Assembly: GCF_009914755.1 (NCBI RefSeq)
Contig: NC_060929.1
DNA from: the human T2T-CHM13v2.0 reference genome, Homo sapiens
Length of the DNA: 64,000 nt
Direction: 5' to 3' (one strand)
Position numbers and translations under genes: made by a program. This document shows positions 43,889 through 58,199 of this stretch, one piece after another; position 1 is the stretch's first letter, and every line of letters begins with the position of its first letter. The notes below the pieces were generated by a model. It did not search any database and was not told the origin of the DNA. It was given only the letters and a program-made list of their open reading frames with translations.

Positions 43889-44893
43889 GTAAGAGGAAAA
43901 ACTTAATACCATGGATCTTATTTTATTCGTGACCTTTCCTACTCTCATGCCAGTAAAGTTAAGGTCATGTAATAGGGCTTTAAAAACAGAAAATGTAAAC
44001 TCTGTTTCTTCAAACTGGGGCATATATCTCCTTTTTTTGGCAGCTGTCAATCAGTGTAGGATTATAGTAGACAAAGTTAAAGGGGGACATTTCAATAGGA
44101 ACTCAGCTGCATTTCATCTTTTGGAATTTGTCATGTAATATGGGGTCATGGTAACTTTTCCAAAAAGTTACTGACTTACAATTTCCAGTCTGTTAAATGA
44201 GATGTTTGGGGGATATTGAGGTCCTCTTACTACTTAACCAAGTGTTGAGATATTATACCTTAGCTCCAAATGCTAATGCGACTTACAGTCTTAACTTACT
44301 GTTCTACTGAGTAAATTAGTAGTATGCGTTATTAAGAGGTTAAAAAAAATGCCCTGCTTCTGTGGCAGCTCGGTGCTACAAAGGCTTATTGACTGCCCAC
44401 GGTGTGTAAGCAACTGTGCTAGAAAATCCTTTTGCTTTATTAAGCTCACTTTACTGTTGGCAACAGTTTTCTCCAGAGACAATCTTTCAATAATACATGA
44501 AAAGTTTCAAAATCCCATTTTGTAAATTGATAGTGCAGTTAAAGAAAGCAAATCATAGAAATCAACTGTAAAAGAAATGAACATTTGATTCTCTTCATCC
44601 CTCCCTCCCTCCCTTTGGAACTAACTGTTTTTGTTAGATGTCTAGAATTTAACAGTTTTGGTTCTTAGAAATTACTTTGGTGCAAATTATAAATAATGAT
44701 CTTTATCAGAATATGAGATGAATGACTTTAAAACTTTACTAGTTAGATACTTATTAATTTGTGGTTTGCGTTCTTCAGAAAGGTGTTGTTCGAACTTAAA
44801 TGGCATGTATGTGGTTTGGTTGTAAATTAGCCTGTTGTTGAAATATTTTATATTCAAACACTTATATTTGTATAAGGATGGATTACTTTAGAT

Positions 44894-45111
44894 CAGAGGT
44901 TGGCAAACTTGTACTAGACAGGACCAGATATTAAATATTTTGGGCTTTCTAAGTCACACAGTCTTTGTTGCAACTATTTGACTCTGCTGTCAGTGTCAAA
45001 ACAGTCATAGACAATATGTAAGTAGGTATGGCTGTGCGCCAATTAAACATCATTTATAGAAATAAGTACGTGGGTGGATTTAGCCCATGAGCTGTAGTTT
45101 GCCATCCTCTG
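44894..45111. mobile_element. MER58A-like hAT MITE
   Basis: TIRs CAGAGGTTGGCAAAC / GTTTGCCATCCTCTG; 8-bp TSD ctttagat / ccctagat. Confidence 0.85.
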
Positions 45112-45649
45112 CCCTAGATTGTAAGATAAAATATTAATTCCTGGCATATAAATAATTTTGTGCAAACATGTAGATACTATATGATGTTGAATGTTAGAAA
45201 AAATCCAATATTAAAGAGATTAGACTCAGAATTATCAGTATTACTGACAATATATTAATGTGTTATTAAAAGTGTAGATATTTTCAAGGGATTACATTAA
45301 AAAGTAATAATAAAAATGCACGGCTTTGTTAATGGTAATGTTTTTTCCTAGCTTTTAGTTACATGCTAATAAAAATAAATTATTAGGAGAAAATTTTTTT
45401 AATTACCTAATTTGTTAATAGTTGAGTTTCTTTAAAGAGAGTACATCCTTCTTCATGAATTTTTCTTGATGGGTTAGAGTTTATATTTGAAATCAGGCAA
45501 ACATAGGTGCCAATCCCAGTTATGCTACTGCATTATATATGTAATTTTAAGAAGTTAATCATCTTTGGTGAACCACAGTTTTCTTGTCTTTAAAATGAAG
45601 AATAATTCCTACCCTTACATGGTTGTTGTGAATATGAGATAATGTTTGC

Positions 45650-46530
45650 TGAAGTGGTTGGCACTTTGGATATGGCATTCAATGCCTGAGGATAATTAAA
45701 GATTGCCTAAGAAGAGAAGGACAGAGAACATTCTGGCCAGGGCAGAATTCTAATGAACTTGTAACATTTTGAGGACACGAGGAGCCATCTACAAAGACAG
45801 AGAAGAGCTGTTTACTTATATAGTAGGAAAACCAAGCCAAGAGAGGAGAATGTTTCCTAAAAGAGGAGAAAGTGGTCAACTTTGTCAAATGTTGCTGATT
45901 TTCCTAGTAAGATTAGTATAGAGATGTGAATTTGGCCACATGAAGATGATAGGAGGGTTTTCACCGGAGTGGTAAGAACAGAAATTAGAATTGGAATAGA
46001 CTGAAGAATGAATTGAAGGTAAGTCCATACAGACTATGCACACTGATAACTTGTTTGAGAGCTTTTACTATTAAGAGGAGCATAGACATGGGGCAACAAC
46101 TGGGTAGTGTGGGAAATGTGAAGATCTAGAGGAATGGGTGAGGCTGGATTGAGAGAGTGGGATAAATGAAGGAGGCAAAAAGGGGTGGGATTCAGAGCTC
46201 AAGTGGAGGGGGTTGAATTTTGGTAGCAGCTGGGATACTTCATGCATTTTAACTGGAGGCAGAAGGTGGTTTTCCAAATTTTGTAGTGGAATGAGATAGG
46301 GAGGTGTTCCATCCAATAGCTTGTATTTTCTCAACAAAATATGAAGCATCGTCTTTAGTGGGGAGTAATGGGCTGGATTAGGAGTGTGCACAAGATATGA
46401 GAGGTCTGTAGGTGAGAGAAGGTATAAAGTAGATATCTTAGAGAATGGGAATTTGAATTTATTAGGGATAAAACCAGTACACCAGTTGATGCTTGGGGTC
46501 ACGAATATGGAGTGAAACTTTCAGACTGAT
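45650..46530 (-). mobile_element. Degraded LINE-2
   Basis: L2-like purine-rich sequence; boundaries approximate. Confidence 0.55.
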
Positions 46531-47861
46531 TATGTGATTTATCTCCTACTATGGCTTTTTATTTTCCTCTTGATCCATCTCACTAGAGATTTGTCAGTTA
46601 CTAGGCTTTTCAAAAACAACCTTTGGCTTTGGTTCTCTTTGTTGTATATCTGTTTCCTATTTATTAATATCTGCTCTTATGTTTATTATCTTATTCTACT
46701 TGCTTTAGGTTTATGGGCTTGTTGTCATCTGATCTCCATTCTAAGAAAATCAGCTCATCAACTTTTAGCCTTTCTTCTATCTTAATATAAACATTTAATA
46801 CAATAAATTATTTTTAAACAGAATTTGAACAAAAGACTTTGTATAGTTTTTTTGTTTCTAAGAAAATTGGATGAGGTAGTAATGAATACTGGTAAGCAGG
46901 CAGCAGTATCAGCTATATCTTATTAAATGTAATATGATCATTTAAAAAAACAAATTTGATTGCTTTTTGCTGTTTACTCAAAAGATCATATCTTTCTCTT
47001 AAGAAAAAACCTTTCTTTTAAAAGAAACTTGATTTCCTAGGATAAACTTTACTTGGTGGGGAATTCCACTATTAATGCATATTATAAACATTTTTCTAAC
47101 ATTTTATCTAATTTTATTTTTTCTTCTATTAATGATTTGGATCTATGATCTACATTTTGTGATTCTTTTTGATTTTATATCAGTGCTATGTTTAACAATT
47201 TAAAAATTGTTTTCATTGCACTGGAATGATTTTTGTGATATATAACAATCTATTCTTTGTATGTTTGAACAATTAAGAAAAGGAACTGGAAGTAGACCCG
47301 TGTTGGGGGCCAGGGGTTCTTTACAGTTTTGATAGCATCATCAGGTTATTCCTTAGTTTTTAGTTTTTATAGCCAGTATTAGATTTTGAATAGGCTTTCC
47401 CCTCCTTTCCTTGCTGCTGTTTCAACAATCAAAACAGTCCTTGTTTTGAGGGTTGGGGGATGTGAACAGATAGACCAATCACACACTTCTCTGATAACCC
47501 ACCGTGGATGTGTATTATGTCATGGATTGTGGTCAGATTAGTTTGTAATTTGCGTTTGTTGCACTAAACCTTCCATGTATACGTATTATATTATGGATTG
47601 TTTCATAACTGCTAATGCGGTCAGATTGGCTTATAATGGCCTTTGTTGTACTAAGTTCATATTTATTAAGCATTTAGCATAAGTTTTACTAACTTATTAG
47701 CCTAGTTTCCCATCGAAGAACACATCAATTACATGTGGCAGAGGAACATATCAAGAAAATCAGAACAACAAAATAACTTTTTTACCTGTTTGACCAATCT
47801 GTAATAGTTATGCTTTTGGTTTATTGTTATAATTTCATTATTATGGATACTTTAGTATATA

Positions 47862-48108
47862 CAGTTGTGTCTTTCTATCAACAGGGGATTGGTTCCAGGG
47901 CTACCACATATACCAAAATTCATGCATACTAAAGTCCCGCAGTCAGCCCTGCGGAACCTGTGTATATGTGTATGTGAAAAGTCAGCCCTCCATGTACTTT
48001 GGTTTTGCATCCTGTGAATACTGTATTTTTAATCTTGGATTTGGTTGAAAAAGTCTGGGTTTAAGTGGACCTACTCAGTGTAAAGCCATGTTGTGCAAGG
48101 GTCAACTG
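47862..48108. mobile_element. MER2-like (Tigger family) MITE
   Basis: TA-CAGTTG...CAACTG-TA termini; ggggattggttccagg motif. Confidence 0.8.
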
Positions 48109-48339
48109 TAGTTACTTTCCTTACTACCTTTGCTATGTATGTAGAAATATTACATAATTTGCAGACAGGTTTTTATTTTGAGGCATTTGGTTAATTCTTT
48201 CTTAGATAATTTTTATAACTTAACTGATTATACACTTACCTTTCTTCATTTAAATGAGACCTTTTAAAATATTTAAGTCATATGTTAATGGCTTTAATGG
48301 GCATGGAAAGTGGTTTAATCATCTGTTTTTCCTTCCTAG

Positions 48340-48416
48340 GTTAGTAACTTTGGAAAACAGTCCATGTATTACACCAGAGTTGCTTCGTATATTTCAGAAT
48401 ATGTCACCACTTCTTG
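48340..48416 (+). CDS. IPO11: IPO11 coding exon (LVTLENSPCITPELLRIFQNMSPLL), 77 nt
   Basis: tttttccttcctAG acceptor, TTG|GTATGT donor; phase 2 to 1. Confidence 0.94.
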
Positions 48417-48511
48417 GTATGTGTTAAAGCATAAACTTACTAATGTTTTTGAATGCAACCATAATTGGGAGGCATTGAAACATAATTTGGAGGCATTACA
48501 ACAAAGTTGTA

Positions 48512-48755
48512 AGTTCAACTTCTAGTTTAGATTCAGGGGATATATGTACACGTTTGTTACATGGATATATTGCGTGATGTTGAGGTTTGGGGTACAATTG
48601 ATTCTGTCATCCAGTTAGTGAACATAGTACCTAATAGTTTTTCAACCTTTGAGTTCCTCCCTCTGCCCTCTAGTAGTCTGCAGTGTCTATTTTTGCCATG
48701 ATTATGTCCTTGAGTACTCAATGTTTAGCTTCCATTTATAAATGAGAACATACAT
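48512..48755 (-). mobile_element. Older L1 3' UTR fragment
   Basis: gattcagggga...gtttgttacatggatatattg...tttagcttccatttataaatgagaacat. Confidence 0.75.
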
Positions 48756-48804
48756 ACCTTCCATTTTTATTTAATCCCTAATATTGACAAATAAGTCTGT
48801 TGGT

Positions 48805-49232
48805 GTTGTTTGTTTTGTTTTGTTTTGAGACAAGGTCTTGCTCTGTTGCCCAGACTGGAGTGCAGTGGTATGACCACAGCTTACTGCAGCTTCAAACTAC
48901 TGGACTGAAGCAACTCCTCTAGCTTCCTGAGTAGCTAGAGCTACAGGCACACACCATCTCATCTGGCTATTTTTTTCTTTTTTGGAGATGGAGTTTCACT
49001 CTTGTTGCGTGGGCTGGAGTGTAGTGGTGTGATCTTGGCTTGTGGCAACCTCCCAGGTTCAAACTGTTCTCCTGCCTCAGCCTCCTGAGTAGCTAGGATT
49101 ACAGGTGTGCACCACCACACACAGCTAATTTTTATATTTTAGTAGAGACGGGGTTTCACCGTGCTGGCCAGGCTGGTCTCGAACTCCTGACCTCGTGATC
49201 TGCCTGCCTTGGCCTCCCAAAGCGCTGGGATT
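48805..49232 (-). mobile_element. Composite antisense Alus (J-like right arm plus S-like Alu)
   Basis: Two Alu 3' ends in tandem. Confidence 0.85.
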
Positions 49233-49907
49233 ATTAGAGGCAAAAAATGTCCCTGAGGTATAATGAATGACACACTGGAAAAAATAGACTCACTCTTTGT
49301 AAATACCAGCAAATGTGGACTAAAAACAATTGTAACTGATTAAAAAATCATTTTCTCGCCTTATTTGTTGGATGACCATGGTGGTTAGATAATGTGATTA
49401 GTTCTTCACATTTTCTCCTAAATTTTTTGTTACTCTTTTCAAATAACAATCAAGGTAACCATTTGTTTTCCAATAAAGAGCCATTTGCTCTTTGTTATCT
49501 AGAGTCCCCATAAAAGGAAAAACTTACCAAAGATGAAGTCAGTGGCAATAGGTGTTGATCTACTAGAAAAAGAGAATAGGGTTCTTTGGTGAAGGCCTTT
49601 TTAGTTCTGTTCTACCTAACTTGGAGACTACATACCATGCTACTTTAGGCAGTCCACAGGGCTTCTTTATATTTGACCTAAGATTAGACACCTCAGCCAG
49701 CCCTTTTACCAACTTTGTCGTGAACAACATTCAGCTGCTTCCACATATGTGTGATTTCACATATTGGTCTCATTTCACCCTGTTTTCCACCTCAAATTCA
49801 GCATGCTTAGTCTCCACAACGTTCAGTTCCCTAAGAGTGATGGGAGAGGGATTGGTAACCAAGAAGAAGAGATTTAAATACAAAGCATATGACTTACTTT
49901 ACTATAA

Positions 49908-50288
<381 letters not shown>

Positions 50289-50828
50289 TGTGGTGTAGTT
50301 TTAATGATAGAAATCTTTGTAGCTGATGCATATTTCTTACCAAATCAATAAGGACTTTTATGTGTTTGGAATAATGCCTGGCACATAGTAAGCATTATCT
50401 AATGTTTTGCTAGTATGTTTAGTACTATTACTGTCACTATTAACATTACTCCCATTTAAAAATTATCCTACCATTGACCGGCTCTTCAGGATTTGTTACT
50501 TTACTGAATCAAGAACTAATGAAATTTCAACCTTTTGATAATGGATGTTCAATTTAAACTTTTTTAATTTTTAAAGATTTAAAAAGTTCTATTTTATAAA
50601 GTTTCAATGAATATAGGTGATGTGGATTCTATTATTTATTTTCTACTTTTATTGTTCAAACAAAAAAGATAAACATAATTTGTTTTATGCATTGTGGTAT
50701 GTGTATTTACATCAATAATGAAGAAATTCTATTTACAAATTACATTTGTTCATGTTTATTTGTACATCTTGACCTCAGTATTACCTTCATTTTTGTTTGA
50801 GTTTGACATACAGCTTTTTGCATGTATA

Positions 50829-51155
<327 letters not shown>

Positions 51156-51330
51156 TGAAAGTTTAAAAATTTATTTTTAAATACAACCAGAATATTTAAT
51201 CTTTTAAGAGTATAAACCAAAATGAATACTGTTTTTGTATGTTAAATTCTCTTATTAGAACAGTGCTTTTAAGCTATCTGTTTATTAAGTATGATAGGTA
51301 TTATATTTTTCTAAGCAGAAATTAAGCCAC

Positions 51331-51600
51331 TGGGCTAGTTGCAGTGGCTCATGCCTGTAATCAGGTAGATTGCTTGAGGACAGGAGTTTGAGACCAGCCT
51401 GGGCAACATAGCAAGACCCCATGTCTACAAGAAATAAAAGTTAGCCGGCCTTGGTGGCCCGTGCTTGTGATTGTAGCTGCTCAGGAGGCTGAAGTGAGGG
51501 GATCAAGGCTGCAGTGGCTGCAGTGAGCTGTTACTCTGCTCTTGCATTCCAGCTTGGGCAACAGAACAAGATGCTTTCTCTTTAAAAAAAAAAAAAAAGA
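51331..51600 (+). mobile_element. Degenerate Alu (J-like) with internal deletions, TSD aagccactgg
   Basis: Alu motifs plus A-tail. Confidence 0.85.
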
Positions 51601-52269
51601 AAGCCACTGGCAGAAAGTTTCTTACTTTAAAACATATAAAGCCAACATTATAGAACACTTTAAGATGTTTAAGTTAATGGTTTTTTAGGATGCGTTAATT
51701 AAGTATGAATATATTCAAGGCTAAGATTCATTTTATGTCCTTTTCCCTACGTGTAAATAGAATCTGATAAATTTTAAGCAGAACCAGAGGCTGTAACTGG
51801 ACGTTATTATATTAATTTAGTTCTAATGGCTTTTTTTCTTTAAATCTATGTTATGGTGTTAATTTACTTAGTATTCTCATTACTTAAAAGATCAGCATGT
51901 GACTGGCTCTTGTCCTAGTTATTGCAAATGCAACACTAATGTTCCTTTAACTGTAAAATTTTTCAGCTGGTAACTTTCTATCAAATTTGGAAAGGATGAA
52001 GCAGGTTTCTCTAGATTCTCTATAACATAATTTAATAATTCACTCCCTTTCCTCCTTACAGAAATTTAAAGGAATATATATGTAAAATACAAATTAAATA
52101 TAGGAGCAAAATTATAAATAAAAGCAAATAGTAGATTATAAAATAAAATCACACTAAAGATATGAATCATATATGCACAGTGCATAACTAAATACTTTGA
52201 TAGGTTATATACAGGTTTACCTTAGAGTTCTGTAGAAGTCTACGAAAAGAAAAACCTAGTCACTTAAAT

Positions 52270-52463
52270 CAGGGATTTTCAGTCTTGGCTCTGTTGACAT
52301 TTGGGTCAGGTAATTCTTTGTTGTGAGGGACTTTCCTTTGCATTGAAGGATGTTTAAAAGTATCCTCAGCTTCTACCTACTTGATGATAGTGATGACAAA
52401 AATGTTTCTAGACATTCCCAAATGTCCTGTAGGGGACAAAATTGCCCCTGACTGCGAACCATA
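52270..52463. mobile_element. MER20-like hAT element
   Basis: ttgacatttgggtcaggtaattctttgttgtgaggga...gacattcccaaatgtcc; family from recall. Confidence 0.75.
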
Positions 52464-52651
52464 GACATAAATTACTCAGTATCTGAAAGTAAATACCTAT
52501 CTATTGCATGATTGAAGTATAACTTCTTGGTATTAGGACTAGAAAATTTTTCTTTAGAGTCTCACTAGGAACTTGTGGATGTAATGAACAGTGTCCAGTA
52601 CCTTAAAACAGATAAATTTGTTAATTTTAAGGCTATGTATAATATTAATAT

Positions 52652-52682
<31 letters not shown>

Positions 52683-54045
52683 TTTGATGATGATAACATG
52701 CCCAAGAAAATTTTGTCAGTGCCATCCTGGGCATGGCAGAGGCATGGAAAGCAGTGTGAAGTGACCTAATTTGTATAGAACGATCCAGGAATAGTTTTTA
52801 AATATCTGTAGGAAGAGACGGGCTCTTTTCTTTTTATATCAAGTCTTCTTAAATGTTGGTTTTTTTTTAAACATTGATTTTGATAAAATTATACTTGGCA
52901 ATGATTTCAAAATTATATTCCCTGATACGTCTGGAATGAAGCCATTCTCAGTTCTCTCTTAAATATAGACCCTTGGCCCTACTTTTCATGGCGATGGCCA
53001 GTCTGCTGTTCATTGTTGGTCTACAAAAAAAGTATGCACGAGTCCAGGCTTTCTCCTTGAGGAGAAAAGGATAATGTGAATTTTTCATAATGATAGCTTT
53101 ATCTAATATAAAGGCCCCCTTTATCCTGAGATTTTTATCTTCTTTTGTAAAAAGATACTTAGATGACAGTTTTTGGTTTTTTTATGTCTTTTAGATTAGT
53201 AACTAGTAATAAGTTTATCATTTCCTGTCCCCTTCTTATCCTCATTTTTTAAAACTGTCAAATCCTAAAGTTTAGGAACTAATGCCTTCAGAGACATTTT
53301 GAGACAGGGTAGGATTGTCATTCTTTTGTGAAAATAAATGGAAAATTCACATCTGAATAGAATGTCTTCTTTTTATTAAGATATGATAGATAAGAACACA
53401 GGGGCTAATCTTTTGCCAGAAATTAAGAAAAAATAATTTGTCTTATTTTGAGTGAATATAATTTCTAAAATACTTGCAGCAAAGAATGGCAGGTTTTAGG
53501 CATCGATGATATTTTGGGGTCATATTTTAATCTGTATAATTTTACACGTACAGCCTGTATTCCTTTGTATTATTATTTTAAGTAGTGAAACATGTAAAAT
53601 AGCACAGTGTCAACTTTTGATCATATTCAGTTTTAACAAATAGTTTCTACTCTGCACTTGCAAAGGAATAGCTAAAAACGATATCCTTTTCTGATAAAAA
53701 CTGAAAGATTGAAAATATCTAAACATAATATAATTTTTTTGGAGTGTGATCAGGACTCTGTTGAGAAGTAATATCGCATATTTAGTGCAAGTGCAGTAAC
53801 ACTCAGTAAATGTTCACTGAGTGAACCCATTTAAGCAGATGTCAAAATATGATGGTAAAATGATTCAGTTTCATGTAGTATGCCATGCTAGCAGTAAAAA
53901 TTTATTTTGAAATGAAAGGTTGGGTCAAATAGTTAGGTGGTTTTTTTTTCTGAAAGGAAAATATATGGGGAGCTTGGCTTTTTTCTGAATGTTTCACCCA
54001 GTGAAAAGCAAATGAGGTAGCATTAAGCTTTGGGTTGATACCAGT

Positions 54046-54162
54046 ATTCATTCATTCATTCATTCATTCATTCATTTATTCATTCATTGAGACAGGGTCT
54101 CACTCTTTTGCCCACCCTAGAGTGCAGTGGCGTGATCATTGGTGACTGTACCCTTTAAGTCC
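54046..54162 (-). mobile_element. Truncated Alu whose tail is an (ATTC)n microsatellite
   Basis: (ATTC)~10 then GAGACAGGGTCTCACTC. Confidence 0.8.
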
Positions 54163-54332
54163 TAGTGATGCCAGTTTTTAGATATCTGTAGATACTGGTA
54201 GTCTTGATAGTACTCGGAAGAGGTTTCTAGAGTATGCAAATTAGTTTTAAATAACTATGAATCACTTCATTTAAACTAATTTTGAGCAGTGAATTAATTT
54301 GGTTTTTTGTTTGACATTTATTGTTTTGGCAG

Positions 54333-54412
54333 AACTAAGTTCAGAAAATCTTAGAACTTGCTTTAAGATCATCAATGGTTATATCTTTTTATCATCAACA
54401 GAATTTTTACAG
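54333..54412 (+). CDS. IPO11: IPO11 coding exon (ELSSENLRTCFKIINGYIFLSSTEFLQ), 80 nt
   Basis: ttttggcAG acceptor, CAG|GTATGT donor; phase 1 to 0. Confidence 0.94.
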
Positions 54413-54839
54413 GTATGTTGGAGTACTTTTGCATTATATGAAATTATATAATTATTATTTTGATTATTATTTGAAATCAGGGGGTACGTTTTCAAAATTT
54501 TAAGATTGGTCTGTTATTTTAAGACAGAGAAACATTGACTGTGAGCATTTCCCATTGCAGGGCAGATGTGCTGCATGCAGTTCCTTTCTCAATGCAGAAA
54601 ATGTGCTATGTCAACAAATTTTTTTTATATTCCTATGAAAATCAGTGTATCAATAATCTATATTTTTATTTGGCATAATCTTTTTTAACTTTTCCTAAGC
54701 GTTCTGATTGAAATTTGATATGCTTAGACCATTAGTGTATAATTCTCAAGTATATTATAATGAATCCCAAATGAAATTTTATGCCTTTTTGATATTACAG
54801 ATATATTCTTACATATATTGACTTTTAATTGAATTTCAG

Positions 54840-54920
54840 ACATACGCAGTAGGTCTATGCCAGTCCTTTTGTGAACTTTTAAAGGAAATTACTACAGAAG
54901 GTCAAGTTCAGGTGCTCAAG
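54840..54920 (+). CDS. IPO11: IPO11 coding exon (TYAVGLCQSFCELLKEITTEGQVQVLK), 81 nt
   Basis: atttcAG acceptor, AAG|GTATTG donor; phase 0 to 0. Confidence 0.94.
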
Positions 54921-55567
54921 GTATTGTGATCATTTTAAATGAATATATTTATGAATTTTTCATTTATATTTTATGAAATTGGACTTTCATTTGGATGGTT
55001 CGCAAGAAGGAGAAGAGTTGATATAGTTCTAGACAGGCTATTTTGGCAGTTTTCAGTTGGTTTAATACCTGTGGACCAGAGGTCTCAAATCTGAAGGTGC
55101 ATACACCTTCAACAGGCAAGAGATCAACTGGACATCTTATAAAAATTCAATTCTGGATTTCTAACAAGGTCTGAACTGATTGGGATGTTGCCTATCTTGA
55201 GACCTCACTTTGGGTAGTAAGGATTTAAAAACTCTTGTAAATTATCCAGTGATGTGATATCTGATACTTCTTATTCTTTCATTTTGTTAGTCTGCTGTTG
55301 GGACAAAGTTTTCACGTTATAATTTGATAGCTTTAATTTAAGTTGGCTATCAAAATTAGAATACCACGTTTGTTGATATTCTGTAATTATGAACTAACAG
55401 TCTCTAAGTTGTATATTATCTTTATATATTATACCTGTCTATTAAAGATATAAATAGTATTAAATGTATATATTTACATATAAACATAAATGTATGTAGA
55501 AATATATTAAAATATCTTTATGTATGGACTTTGAGAGAAGGTGTAGCTGTTAAAAGTACCCCTATTT

Positions 55568-55680
55568 GGGTGCAGCAAACCAACACAGCACATGTATACA
55601 TACGTAACAAACCTGCACGTTGTGCACATGTACCCTGGAACCTAAAGTATAATAAAATAAATATAAAATTGATTAAAAAA
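55568..55680 (+). mobile_element. ~110-bp L1PA extreme 3' end with 16-bp TSD aaaagtacc(cc/tt)tattt
   Basis: GGGTGCAGCAAACC...TAAAGTATAATAAAA; TSD at 55552 and 55679. Confidence 0.9.
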
Positions 55681-55963
55681 AAGTACCTTTATTTTTAGTG
55701 TTGAGGTTCTCAGCTATGTTCTAAGATATGAGAGCTGAATTTCTATCACAACAAAGTAGCATTATGGTGTGAAAATCGTGGCATTGCTTTAGAGCCTAAA
55801 AATGATTTCACTTCCTCCCAGTGAAATGAAAGAGGTTACCCAAAGAGGTTTGCTTACAGAAGTGCACTTAGGTAATCAGAGTAACTGCAGCAAGAATCCA
55901 AAGTGTACTTTAGGATCTAAGTGAGTAAAAGTTTGCACAGATAATGAAGTCTTACTTCATAAC

Positions 55964-56346
55964 TGATATGGTTAGGCTTTGTGTCCCCACCCAAATCACC
56001 CCATGATCAAGGGGATTGTAGGGATTACTGCCCCCTGATTAGTTATCTCTACCTGGTCTCCTGAGTCAAGGGAATCCTGGGGATGGTTTTCCCCATGTTG
56101 TTCTCATGATAGTGAGTCCTCACGAGATCTGATTGTTTTATAAGGGCCTCCTCCCGCTTCGCTCAGCACTTCTTCCTGCTGCCCTGTGAAGAAGATGCCT
56201 TGCCTCCCTTTCACCTTCTGCCTTGATTGTAAGTTTCCTGAGGCCTCCCCAGCTATGCTGAACTGTGACTCAATTAAACCTCTTTCCTTTATAAATTACC
56301 CAGTCTCAGGCAGTTCTTTATAGCAGTATGAAAATTGACTCATACA
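55964..56346 (+). mobile_element. THE1 (THE1D-like) MaLR solo LTR, internally rearranged
   Basis: TGATATGGTTAGGCTTTGTGTCCCCACCC...ATACA; 5-bp TSD ataac / ttaac. Confidence 0.88.
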
Positions 56347-56354
56347 TTAACCAG

Positions 56355-56467
56355 TAAGATACCATCTAGATTTGCGTAAGCACAGTCTATGACGTTTGCA
56401 CAACAGTGAAATCGCCTAATGACACATTTCCCAGAACATATCCCTGTTGATAAGTGGTGCATGACTG
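56355..56467. mobile_element. Tigger3/MER7 terminal fragment
   Basis: Reverse-complement similarity to 16740..16845; ends GCATGACTG. Confidence 0.7.
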
Positions 56468-56722
56468 TGTTTTTATTCACTGTCGTAACTCTGCTAGCAT
56501 GAATCAGGCGAATATAGTGTTAAGTACTGCAGTGAAGTGAACAGGAGTAAGGAGAGAAATGCTGTTAGGATTGTCTGCTGAGCATGGGGATTTACATTTT
56601 AAAACTAACATTTAAAACGTATTTTTGTGTCTGTAAATTGGAAGGGTCATCTGCCAGATTATTGAAGTATTAAATTATAGATTGATGAGAAAAGGAAGGA
56701 GCTTAAGGAGATCAGTAAGGAC

Positions 56723-57090
56723 TGTATTAGTTTCCTAGGGATGCTGTAACAAAATACCACAACCTTGGTGGCTTAAAACAAGAGTTTCTTTATAATACTT
56801 ATGTTAATTATATAATTAAAAAAATCAGTGTTTGCAGGGCCTTGCTCTTTCTGAAGGGTCTAGGGGGAGAATCTGTTCCAAGCCTTTCTCTTACCTTCTG
56901 GTGATTGCAGGCAGTCTTTTGCATTCCTTGGTTTGTAGATACGTAATCCTGCCATCTGTGCTTCCGCTGTCACATGATGTTCTCCTGGTATCTGTCTGTG
57001 TCTCTGTTTTGTTTTTGTTGTTGCAGGGACAAAAGTCATAATTGATTAAGGGCATTCCCTAATATCTTCATCTTACCTTGATTACATCTG
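56723..57090. mobile_element. MLT1-family MaLR LTR
   Basis: TGTATTAGTTTCCTAGGGATGCTGTAACAAAATACCAC. Confidence 0.8.
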
Positions 57091-58199
57091 GGATACGGCA
57101 GAACTCTTTGGCTTTAATTTTTTAGCTTATTAGTTTCTTTTTTAGAGCAAGGGGTTTACTAAAGGGTGAGAATATAAGCCACTGTTACCAAAGAATCATG
57201 TGGGCTCTAAAGGACTTGTAATAACAGTAATCTGTGCTTGTGGCTTGTTGAGACCCTGGATACTTGAGGCCTGGTTTATTGGACTAGTCTATTAATCCAC
57301 ATTTATTATTAATTTCAAAGTATTCTCCTAGCTCCAAAGCTTACAAGTAACATCAAACATGTTGCTTACTAAAATGCCTTTATGAATTTTTATTGCATTT
57401 ATGCCTTTATTAAACTGACACAGTGGCAATATAAGTATATTAAGGAACTCAGTCTTATACAATTTCAGCTTCAGCTTTTGCTTTGGTGATAAATTCTTCT
57501 CTGGAGGTAAGAGGAAGTAAGGAATTAATACGTTGGACTTAATTCTGACTATTTGAGGAAAAAGTGATTGGTGATGTGGGAGTGATTAAAACAAGTGAAA
57601 ATTGCCATGTCATTTTGATATTATTGTCTTTACAGATTTTTTTCTGTATGTATGCCTGTTTTAACCTTTCTCCTCTATTATACTGAGCTTCTCCATTATC
57701 CAAAGTTCAGTAAATGTGTGCTCTGTTTGCTCTGAATACATATATAGTAAGTGACTTGAAAGACAAGGAATCCATAATTTTTATGTTGAAGATGTGATCT
57801 CGACTATACTGAGGATCCATTTGGGATTCTCTGCTTGACCAGTCCCTTGGTTTGCGTATGCTGCCCTGCTACTTTTATGGCTCCTGAGTATACTTTGGTC
57901 TTCATTTTCCTCAGTTATTAGATGAGGAGTGATACTAAATGATTTTTATTCTGTAATAGGCAGTACCTGAAATTCTCCATGTTAAATTGTAATATATGTA
58001 TTCTAAGTGATTAAGAAAAGAGGTGATTTCTCACATTTAAACACTTCCCAGACCAAATTTGAATTGACCTTACCCCCATCCCCCTCTTTTGGCTTTTCTG
58101 CAACAATATTGTTAAAGTAATTGTTGAAAGACAACTTGTGGATTATTTGGAATGGCCATTGTGATTCTACTTGTTTTTAATTATACTCTTACCACATTA

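Noticed and set aside
46071-46502. 143-aa minus-strand ORF
   Set aside because: Lies within degraded L2-like sequence, with no recognisable protein or splice context.
48461-48498. Short direct repeat cataatt(g/t)ggaggcatt x2
   Set aside because: Ordinary small slippage duplication with no further structure.
54786-54839. Alternative acceptor (attacAG at 54800) 39 nt upstream of exon 54840
   Set aside because: The extension contains an in-frame TGA (54819..54821) and there is no evidence of use.
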